The position numbers and the translations under genes were made by a program. Under the pieces are notes generated by a model. That model was given only the letters and a program-made list of their open reading frames with translations, ran no database searches and had not been told where the DNA came from. Below are positions 26,651 to 34,027 of a DNA stretch of 39,088 nt, piece after piece. Source of the stretch: a virus. Taxonomy: Duplodnaviria > Caudoviricetes. Location: positions 1 through 39,088 of IMG/VR virus record IMGVR_UViG_3300033146_000459, one strand, 5' to 3'. How positions within the stretch are numbered: the first letter of the stretch is position 1; each line of letters begins with the position of its first letter.

Positions 26651-26857
26651 ATGAAAAAAGTAAATCCTTTAGATACAGTGTTAAAACTTATTGAGGAACA
26701 AAAACAGAAACATAATATTTCATTCTGTGAAGCGTTGAAAAAGATAAACACCAAAAATATGAAAGCTCCTGAACTTCAAGAATTTAGAAAATTATCTTTT
26801 GATTGTAGGAAAAAAGCGGAATGGGATAAACTAGTAAGCACGGATGAATTTATTTAA
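26651..26857 (+). CDS. Hypothetical protein
   Basis: ORF track. Confidence 0.55.
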   Translation: MKKVNPLDTVLKLIEEQKQKHNISFCEALKKINTKNMKAPELQEFRKLSFDCRKKAEWDKLVSTDEFI

Positions 26858-26866
26858 AAAAACAAT

Positions 26867-27214
26867 ATGCCTCAATTAAATATAAAACCATTATCACAGA
26901 ATCAAGCTTGGCAAGGAAGAAGATTCAAGACACCAAAATATAAAGAGTTTGAAGAGCAACTTTATTATATGCTCAAAAATGGTTATAAAATACCAGAAGG
27001 AGATCTGCAAGTATGGTACGCGTTCGGACAAAGCAACAAAAATTGTGATTGGGATAATCCAATAAAGCAGTTTCAAGATGTGTTGTCCAAGAAGTTTGGA
27101 TTTAATGATAACAAAATTTATAGAGGAGTAGCAGATAAGATAATAGTCCCAAAGGGTGAAGAATTTTGTGCATTTCAAATCAAATCAATAAATGATAATT
27201 TTATAGCATTATAA
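26867..27214 (+). CDS. rusA: RusA-like Holliday junction resolvase
   Basis: KPLSQN, DWDNPIKQFQDVL, FNDNKI motifs. Confidence 0.85.
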   Translation: MPQLNIKPLSQNQAWQGRRFKTPKYKEFEEQLYYMLKNGYKIPEGDLQVWYAFGQSNKNCDWDNPIKQFQDVLSKKFGFNDNKIYRGVADKIIVPKGEEFCAFQIKSINDNFIAL

Positions 27215-27223
27215 CAAAAACAA

Positions 27224-27673
27224 ATGGTTACAGCAGAAATAGTTGAGCAAATACAAAAAGAACAGAATGGAATGTGTGCATGTAAAGGAATATTCTGTGA
27301 GGAGCGAATTAAAGAGATTCATCATATTTATTTTAAATCTGAATATAATAAAGAAGATAGAGATGAACGTTGGAATTTATGTGGTTTATCAATTAGTTGT
27401 CATAAAGAAGGAAAAAAATCAATCCATGCAAGAAGACCAGGAACAACTAAGAACATAATTTTAGATAAAATATTAAAAGGTGAAGCCGATAAAAGAAAAC
27501 CAAAGGATCAGAGAGGAACAGCTAAACACCCTGATTTATTAAGAGTTGCAAGACAAAATAAAAGATGGAGAAGGAAAAAAATTGATGCTTTTAAAGCTTC
27601 TCATAATGGTTTAAGTCCATCACAAGTGGCCTATAGAAAACAAAAAGAATGGAAAAAACAAAATAAAGTGTAA
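27224..27673 (+). CDS. HNH endonuclease-like protein
   Basis: C..C...EIHHI...NLCGLSISCH. Confidence 0.7.
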   Translation: MVTAEIVEQIQKEQNGMCACKGIFCEERIKEIHHIYFKSEYNKEDRDERWNLCGLSISCHKEGKKSIHARRPGTTKNIILDKILKGEADKRKPKDQRGTAKHPDLLRVARQNKRWRRKKIDAFKASHNGLSPSQVAYRKQKEWKKQNKV

Positions 27674-27728
27674 AAAGGGTTTACTTTCATAAGAATTCAG
27701 TATATAATAAGTCCGTATCATTAACAAA
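27672..27728 (+). promoter_or_regulatory. 57-bp promoter/leader repeat, copy B
   Basis: TTTACT 27680-85, TATAAT 27703-08. Confidence 0.9.
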
Positions 27729-27733
27729 GAAAT

Positions 27734-28045
27734 ATGGAAAGAAAGAAAAGAACACCAGCGAAAAAAATAATCTTTAGCTGGATTGAGAGGACTCCGAATG
27801 TATGGGTTCACCCGTACGAAATGGTAGAGTTTGGAAAACAAGTATTCGATTCAATGTTTTTATCTCACACCTTTCATCGTCAGATGTTACGAATGGCTGG
27901 AGAACAAACAAATGAGTTAGAAAAGAAAGTAGACCAAAATGGATATGTGATGTTTAGAAAAGCAAGAACAGATAATATCAAAGAGATATTAAAGGTAAAT
28001 CCTTACAAGGAGGTTAAGAAAAATAATAATCAATCTTTATTTTAA
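27734..28045 (+). CDS. Small basic protein, putative winged-helix; likely paralogue of 23819..24100
   Basis: Shared residues and promoter cassette. Confidence 0.55.
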   Translation: MERKKRTPAKKIIFSWIERTPNVWVHPYEMVEFGKQVFDSMFLSHTFHRQMLRMAGEQTNELEKKVDQNGYVMFRKARTDNIKEILKVNPYKEVKKNNNQSLF

Positions 28046-28055
28046 TAAAAAACAT

Positions 28056-28475
28056 ATGAGATTCAAAAAACTTAGAGATGTAAAATCTCCAACAAAAGCT
28101 TATAGTGGTGACGCTGGTATTGACATTTACTCACCGAGTTCTGTGCATATTAATCCAGGTCAAACTATTCAAGTGAAATTAGGTATCGCAATCGAGATAG
28201 AAAGGAATCAAGTTGCTATAATGAGTGAAAGATCAGGTATGGCAATAAAGTATGGTATAACATCTATTGGTAATATTATTGATTCCGGTTATAGAGGTGA
28301 AATATCAATTATGTTGTTCAATTCGTCCACTAATTCTGTTTCATTTAATACAGGGGATAAAATTGGTCAAATAGTTATATGTCAATTAGGGCTTGAATCT
28401 TCTTTCGTGCAAGAAGTATACGAGTTGTCAGAATCAGAAAGGGGAGAAAAAGCACATTATTCATCAGGTAAATAA
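28056..28475 (+). CDS. dut: Trimeric dUTPase
   Basis: AGIDI, RSG, IIDSGYRGEI, GDKIGQ, SERG...SSG motifs I-V. Confidence 0.92.
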   Translation: MRFKKLRDVKSPTKAYSGDAGIDIYSPSSVHINPGQTIQVKLGIAIEIERNQVAIMSERSGMAIKYGITSIGNIIDSGYRGEISIMLFNSSTNSVSFNTGDKIGQIVICQLGLESSFVQEVYELSESERGEKAHYSSGK

Positions 28476-28489
28476 TTTAATATTAAGAT

Positions 28490-29254
28490 ATGTCAAAGAA
28501 AAATAATTACAATACAACACAACTTGATCCAGATAAAGCATTTGAAAAACATATTTACCATAGAGATATGTTTGCTCATTATTTGAGGTGGACTCACGCT
28601 CTTAAAAGAATAAAAGCCGATCAAAATGTTTTAGATTTCGGATGTGGGACAGGTGCATTAGCAGAGGTTTTCTATAGGAATAGATTTAAATGTGCTAGTT
28701 ATATCGGTTTGGATATAAAGAAGTTATCAATCGAAAAAGCTAATACAAAATTTGAAAAAGTAAATTGGGTAAATTTTTATCAAAAAGATTTGGTCAAAGA
28801 TTCTGTAAGTGAGTTCGAGAATACAAAATGGGATATGATTACGTCATTTGAAGTGATTGAACATATTGGAAAACAAAATATTGATCGATTCCTTAATAAT
28901 GTGAAATCCTTAATGGATAAAAATACAACGTTTTTGATGTCAACACCTAATTACGATGGAGATATTGGTGCCGCTGGTAATCACACATATGATTCTGGAG
29001 ATGGCGAAGGAGTTCAAGAACAAGAATTTGATCATTTAGAACTTGGTTTAATATTAAACAAGCATTTTAATATAGTTGAAAAATACGGAACATTTTCTAG
29101 TCAAAAAGATTACAAACACTTAATGAATGAATGGCAAACAAATATGTTTAATGAATTAAGTAAATATTATGATGTTGATTTACTTTCTGTTATGATGGCA
29201 CCTATATTTCCAGAAGAGTCAAGAAACTGTTTGTGGGTATTAAAACTTAAATAA
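28490..29254 (+). CDS. Class I SAM-dependent methyltransferase (small-molecule/O-MTase type)
   Basis: VLDFGCGTG, YIGLDI, SFEVIEHI, STPN; no DPPY/NPPY or PC DNA-MTase catalytic motif. Confidence 0.85.
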   Translation: MSKKNNYNTTQLDPDKAFEKHIYHRDMFAHYLRWTHALKRIKADQNVLDFGCGTGALAEVFYRNRFKCASYIGLDIKKLSIEKANTKFEKVNWVNFYQKDLVKDSVSEFENTKWDMITSFEVIEHIGKQNIDRFLNNVKSLMDKNTTFLMSTPNYDGDIGAAGNHTYDSGDGEGVQEQEFDHLELGLILNKHFNIVEKYGTFSSQKDYKHLMNEWQTNMFNELSKYYDVDLLSVMMAPIFPEESRNCLWVLKLK

Positions 29255-29259
29255 TTAAT

Positions 29260-29532
29260 ATGAATATACTTAAAAAAGCAGATCAGATTATTAATAATAG
29301 GTCTGAGGAAAAAGAAAGAGAATATGGTGACTTTAATGAATCGATGGAAAGAGCTGCTAGAATATCATCAGATTTATGTAAAAAGGAGATTACCCCGGAA
29401 GATATGTTCAAATGCATGCTTGGATTAAAATTAAGTAGACTAGCTAATTCACCAAAAGAAGATACGTTACTTGATATTTGTGGGTATGCAGCAGGTTTAA
29501 ATAATTATATAAATAAAAATAACAATAATTAA
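29260..29532 (+). CDS. DUF6378-like all-alpha protein (putative dNTP pyrophosphohydrolase)
   Basis: ILKKADQII...REYGDF..SMERAA...MLGLKLSR...DTLLDICGYA. Confidence 0.75.
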   Translation: MNILKKADQIINNRSEEKEREYGDFNESMERAARISSDLCKKEITPEDMFKCMLGLKLSRLANSPKEDTLLDICGYAAGLNNYINKNNNN

Positions 29533-30413
29533 TGAAAAAATTTACAAATTTTAATGATCTCTATATTGATTCAACCCAGGATATATGTAAACACGGGAAA
29601 CCTAGTTCACCTAGAAACATGAAATGTTGGGAGAAATTAAATTACTGTTTGCAGTTAACGGATACATCACAATCACTGTGTACTATAAAAAATAGAAAAT
29701 TAAATTACGCATTTAATATCATAGAAAAACTTGAATATTTATATGGAGAACAAGATCCAGATAGAATTTGTTTCTATAACAAGAATTTTAGAAATTTCAT
29801 TAATGAAAACACAGGGAAGTTTGATGGTGCTTATGCTCCTAGAATCAAAAGGCAAATTATGTATATTTATGATTTACTTAAAAGAGATCCTGATACTAGA
29901 CAAGCTATTATAAATATTAACAACGAATCAGATAAGCACGAATCAAAAGATGTACCATGCACTATATCATTTCAATTTATCCTTAGAGAAGGAAAACTAC
30001 ATATGACTACTTATATGCGTAGTAATGATATATTGTGGGGAACTCCTTATGATATTAACGCTTTCTGTTTCATCCAGAGTGCTCTCGCTTTGTGGTTAGA
30101 TGTAGAAACTGGCACATATACACACTTCGTTGGTTCTATGCATGCCTATGATGATTTTATAGATACATTAGAGAAACTAGATGGTTCGGAGGTAGTCGCA
30201 AATGAGGATAAAAAATGGGATATAAAAGATATACATGAATCTTACAATGAACTCGAAACGTTTTTTCAATTAGAAAAAGGATTGAGAGAGAATAATAATT
30301 ATATTTCACCTGATGGTTTTTTAAGATCAAAGACATTGATAAGTTTTTATAATATATTACACGCTTATTGTATTAAGAAAAATAACAAGAAAACATTCAG
30401 AGAAGATCAGTAA
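29532..30413 (+). CDS. Thymidylate synthase-family enzyme, probable dCMP hydroxymethylase/methylase
   Basis: DTRQA, catalytic PC, MRSND, and GTPYD with Asp where dUMP-specific TS has Asn; HFVGSMHAY. Confidence 0.8.
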   Translation: MKKFTNFNDLYIDSTQDICKHGKPSSPRNMKCWEKLNYCLQLTDTSQSLCTIKNRKLNYAFNIIEKLEYLYGEQDPDRICFYNKNFRNFINENTGKFDGAYAPRIKRQIMYIYDLLKRDPDTRQAIININNESDKHESKDVPCTISFQFILREGKLHMTTYMRSNDILWGTPYDINAFCFIQSALALWLDVETGTYTHFVGSMHAYDDFIDTLEKLDGSEVVANEDKKWDIKDIHESYNELETFFQLEKGLRENNNYISPDGFLRSKTLISFYNILHAYCIKKNNKKTFREDQ

Positions 30414-30419
30414 ATAGAT

Positions 30420-30448
30420 TTTACTTTTGGGCAAAAATAGTATAAAAT
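30420..30448 (+). promoter_or_regulatory. Promoter TTTACT-N17-TAAAAT
   Basis: Same -35 and spacing as the other promoters. Confidence 0.65.
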
Positions 30449-30473
30449 AATATTATATAATAATAAACGGAAT

Positions 30474-30701
30474 ATGAAAGATAAACTAGATCACAAAGAA
30501 CCGAGAGATGGATACCTGTATTCATTAAGTCAAGTTATCGAATTAGGTTTTTTAGGAGTTACAACTAAAGTCACCTTAAGAAGGATGATACATAATAAAG
30601 AGATCCCTGCTGTAAATATCAGTAGAAAAGAAGGTTTTAATATGTATAGAATCAATGGAACAGAGATCAAAAGATATTTGTCAAGCCGAATAGTAGATTA
30701 A
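30474..30701 (+). CDS. Excisionase/MerR-like HTH DNA-binding protein
   Basis: YSLSQV...TLRRMIHNKEIPA...YRI...I..YL. Confidence 0.75.
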   Translation: MKDKLDHKEPRDGYLYSLSQVIELGFLGVTTKVTLRRMIHNKEIPAVNISRKEGFNMYRINGTEIKRYLSSRIVD

Positions 30702-30714
30702 TCATCACAATATT

Positions 30715-31128
30715 ATGAGAGAAATACTATTTAGAGGAAAACGAATTGATGGGGGTGAATGGGTTGAAGGACATTATAGAGCTGAAAATTTTCCATTAAG
30801 CGTTATCCATTTAATACACCCATATAACCATAAAGATTGTAATGGTATGGAATATTATGAGGTAGACCAAAAGACACTCGGACAATTCACAGGACTACTT
30901 GATAAGAATGGTGAGAAGATATTTGAAGGCGATATTGTAAGTGGATCTGTGCCGGACTCTGAATGCGATAGGGATTTTACTAATTGTGAAATAGTATTCA
31001 ACGAAGGAGGTTTTAATATTTACTTAGCGGGTGGTTACATTGGAGAACTAGCACAATGCACTTTGAACAAAAGTATTGAAATAGTAGGAAACATACATGA
31101 TATAATGGATACGACTAATAACTTATAA
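30715..31128 (+). CDS. YopX-family protein
   Basis: MREILFRGKR, GQFTGLLDKNGEKIFEGDIV, EIVGNIHD. Confidence 0.92.
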   Translation: MREILFRGKRIDGGEWVEGHYRAENFPLSVIHLIHPYNHKDCNGMEYYEVDQKTLGQFTGLLDKNGEKIFEGDIVSGSVPDSECDRDFTNCEIVFNEGGFNIYLAGGYIGELAQCTLNKSIEIVGNIHDIMDTTNNL

Positions 31129-31131
31129 GAT

Positions 31132-31689
31132 ATGACTAATCAAAAGAAAGCTGAAAAAGCTATTATGAAAAATGCTAATAATCATTTGCAAAAATGTATT
31201 AAGCAACACACACAAGCATCTAAAGACAAAACATCTAAATCTATGATGGGTAATAAGAACGCTGAGAAATACAATGAAGAAGAATGTAATAGATTAATGG
31301 ACCTATGTATAGTAAAGGCTGAAGAAGTTATAGAAGACGATAAGAGTTTTGAATATAAGCATGACTTTATTGGAGAAGTATACAGATCAGCTGGAATATA
31401 TCACCATCTAGTTGAAGAATGGATAGGGAGATTTCCGTATCTGCAAGAGAAGAAAGACAGATTGAAGAAGCAAATGGAGCTAAACTGTTATTACAATAGT
31501 AAAAAGGGAAAGATCAATACTGCTATCGGAATTGTGAACCTAAAGAGCAATCATAGGTGGTCTGATAGAGTTGATATGACAAGTGGAGATAAGAAGATTG
31601 AAACAACTGTTATCAAATCTTTGGATGAAGCAAAGGCCTTGACACGAGATCAATTGGATGAAAGTTTAAGAAACTTCTTTAATAAGTAG
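31132..31689 (+). CDS. terS: Terminase small subunit
   Basis: GNKNAEK and IVNLKSNHRWSDRVDMTSGDKKI motifs; directly before terL. Confidence 0.75.
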   Translation: MTNQKKAEKAIMKNANNHLQKCIKQHTQASKDKTSKSMMGNKNAEKYNEEECNRLMDLCIVKAEEVIEDDKSFEYKHDFIGEVYRSAGIYHHLVEEWIGRFPYLQEKKDRLKKQMELNCYYNSKKGKINTAIGIVNLKSNHRWSDRVDMTSGDKKIETTVIKSLDEAKALTRDQLDESLRNFFNK

Positions 31690-31726
31690 ATCAACTATTT
31701 TATTTAATTAGCTTAGAAATGATTGT

Positions 31727-33238
31727 ATGAGTACAGTATTTGACGAAAAGGCAAGAAGGTTGTTAATGTTGAGTAAATTACAGGGTAACACTAAAATGCA
31801 GAATCAAGTGATTGTTAAATGTGCTAGTGATATTACTTACTTTGTAAATAATTTTGGATGGACCTATGATCCAAGACGGGAAGATGACAATCATTTACCT
31901 TTTAATTTATATCCTTTTCAGGAAAAATTCTTGAAGAATATGGTAATATGCATTGAAACAGGCCAGGACAATATCACGGAAAAGTCTAGGGATATGGGAT
32001 ATTCATGGATGCTGGTTGATTTACAAGTATGGGGATTCTTATTTAAAGGATGGGCTAGTTTATATGGATCGTATAAAGAAACATACGTAGATCATCAAGG
32101 AGATATGGACGCAAATTTCGAACGTATTAGATATTCACTTGATCGATTACCTAATTGGATGAAACCAAAGGATCTTGTTTCTAAATATATGAGTGTGTCT
32201 AGTAAAAAGATAGGAGCGGAAATAGGAGGGGATTCAGGAGAGAACTTTGGTACAGGTGGTAGACGTAAATTCGTAATTATGGACGAGTTCGCTTTATGGC
32301 AAGCGGATGTTAAAGCTTTTAGAAAAACAAAAGATATTACTAATTGTAGAATATTCGGTGGAACTCCTTTTGGTAAACTAAATGTTTATGGAAAGATCAT
32401 GTCGGGACATAAAGATTATGTTCATCTTAATATAAGAAAATTCAGATTACATTGGAAAGATCATCCAAATAAAACTCAAGAATGGTATGAGATAGAGAAA
32501 ACAAAGAGGACTAAAATGGATATAGCACAGGAATTAGATATATCTTACGATGATTCAGTGGAAGGAGCTGTTTATAAAAGTTTTACGGATCTAGTTAAAT
32601 TCGGTAAGTATAATTACGATCCTATGTTAAAACTGTATACGGGTTGGGATTTTGGTAGAGATATGACAGCTATAATTTGGTTACAGAAGGATTTTGAAAC
32701 TAATGAGATAAAGATTATAGACGCATATCAACAGTCGGATAAAGATATAGACTTCTTTACAGCATTTATAACAGGTAAACCAATGCAAGGTTTCACTTAT
32801 ACAGAAGATGAGCTCAATATGATTGATAAACACGCTCAATGGAGAAGTAATTATGCAGATCACTTTGGAGATCCATATAATGCAGATAATAGAAATGTCT
32901 TATCACAAAACACGATAACAAAACAATTAGCTAAATCAGGTATTCATGTCCAAACAAAGAGAGGTACTACTTTAGTTGAAAGAATATCTAAAACAGAATT
33001 AGCAATGCGTAGAATGTCTATAAATGAAGATCTAAATGAGTTTATTCAAGCGATAGTACAATCACGCTATCCAAGAGTTAAAGAGGGATCACAGGCAACT
33101 ACAGAGAAAGTTAAACCAATTCACAATGCATGTAGTCATTTCCGTACAGCTTTGGAGTATTTAATAGATAATGAGCCAGAAATTATTACGAGAAAGAGAT
33201 ATATACACAAACCAAACAAATCAATAACAGGATATTAA
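31727..33238 (+). CDS. terL: Terminase large subunit
   Basis: LYPFQ, EKSRDMGYSW (Walker A), VIMDEFA (Walker B), GTP, GWDFG nuclease motif. Confidence 0.93.
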   Translation: MSTVFDEKARRLLMLSKLQGNTKMQNQVIVKCASDITYFVNNFGWTYDPRREDDNHLPFNLYPFQEKFLKNMVICIETGQDNITEKSRDMGYSWMLVDLQVWGFLFKGWASLYGSYKETYVDHQGDMDANFERIRYSLDRLPNWMKPKDLVSKYMSVSSKKIGAEIGGDSGENFGTGGRRKFVIMDEFALWQADVKAFRKTKDITNCRIFGGTPFGKLNVYGKIMSGHKDYVHLNIRKFRLHWKDHPNKTQEWYEIEKTKRTKMDIAQELDISYDDSVEGAVYKSFTDLVKFGKYNYDPMLKLYTGWDFGRDMTAIIWLQKDFETNEIKIIDAYQQSDKDIDFFTAFITGKPMQGFTYTEDELNMIDKHAQWRSNYADHFGDPYNADNRNVLSQNTITKQLAKSGIHVQTKRGTTLVERISKTELAMRRMSINEDLNEFIQAIVQSRYPRVKEGSQATTEKVKPIHNACSHFRTALEYLIDNEPEIITRKRYIHKPNKSITGY

Positions 33239-33250
33239 TTAACATTAAAT

Positions 33251-33583
33251 ATGACAAAAGAAAAATCAACAGAACAGCACAATGCCCTGATTAGTAACAA
33301 GGATGAGGAGATACTAGAGTTATCGCAGAAATTATCTAAGTCTTGGGAAGAAATGATGGAATTAAAAGGTAAAGCCAATAGAGAATTAGCGAAGGCTTTG
33401 GAATTCCCTACTAGGATAGCAGAAATTTTAGATCTGAATGTTCCTGCTGGATACTTAGAATCAATGGTGTTTGTAGAAATAGGAAAGCTACTTGAGATCA
33501 AGAACGATAAAGTAAGAAAGTATATGGGTACTGAATATACAAAAGACGATGATGAAGAAATAGAATGGGACCAATATAAATAA
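33251..33583 (+). CDS. Hypothetical protein
   Basis: ORF track. Confidence 0.6.
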   Translation: MTKEKSTEQHNALISNKDEEILELSQKLSKSWEEMMELKGKANRELAKALEFPTRIAEILDLNVPAGYLESMVFVEIGKLLEIKNDKVRKYMGTEYTKDDDEEIEWDQYK

Positions 33584-33597
33584 TATGAAACATACTA

Positions 33598-33765
33598 ATG
33601 AAATATATATACAGTTGTAAAAAATGTGGGATCTTTGATAATGAAGAGAAAGCCTTTGATCCTAGAGCTATAATTAAATGCTCCTGCGGAAAAGAAGCTA
33701 AGAAAGTATTTATTCCAAATAGTGCTATTCAAAACAAGATGAGTCATAGGACAGTAATAATTTAA
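33598..33765 (+). CDS. 55-aa FmdB-like zinc-ribbon protein; not in ORF track
   Basis: Manual translation MKYIYSCKKCG...KCSCGKEAKKVF. Confidence 0.7.
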   Translation: MKYIYSCKKCGIFDNEEKAFDPRAIIKCSCGKEAKKVFIPNSAIQNKMSHRTVII

Positions 33766-33767
33766 AT

Positions 33768-33917
33768 ATGAAAGAGTTTAGGTGTATAAAATGTAATAGA
33801 CTACTAGCAAAGTACGAGATCAAAGAAGGGACCTTGGAGTTGAGATGTAGATTGTGTAAATTAACTCAGAAAAGAGAGTTTAAGGATAGTGAGTATTATA
33901 ATAAGGAATCAATATAA
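33768..33917 (+). CDS. 49-aa Mu Com-like zinc finger (putative translational regulator); not in ORF track
   Basis: Manual translation MKEFRCIKCNRLLAK...LELRCRLCK, matching the Com pattern RCxxCNxLL...IxCxxC. Confidence 0.75.
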   Translation: MKEFRCIKCNRLLAKYEIKEGTLELRCRLCKLTQKREFKDSEYYNKESI

Positions 33918-33953
33918 ACAAAAGATATATCCTTCGATAAACTATCGAATTGT

Positions 33954-33982
33954 TGTACCTCTTAAAGTTAATAGTATATAAT
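33954..33982 (+). promoter_or_regulatory. Candidate structural-operon promoter TGTACC-N17-TATAAT
   Basis: Perfect -10 upstream of the portal; inverted repeat TTCGATA-AAC-TATCGAA at 33933-33949 just upstream of the -35. Confidence 0.5.
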
Positions 33983-34027
33983 ATATAGTAGATTGCCATA
34001 GAGTGACATATTTCTAAGTATTACTTT

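Noticed and set aside
28490-29254. DNA adenine/cytosine methyltransferase of a restriction-modification system
   Set aside because: No DPPY/NPPY or PC catalytic motif; it resembles small-molecule MTases
30474-30701. Evidence of lysogeny from the excisionase-like HTH
   Set aside because: No integrase, CI-like repressor, att site or host genes in the window; such HTH proteins are often plain regulators
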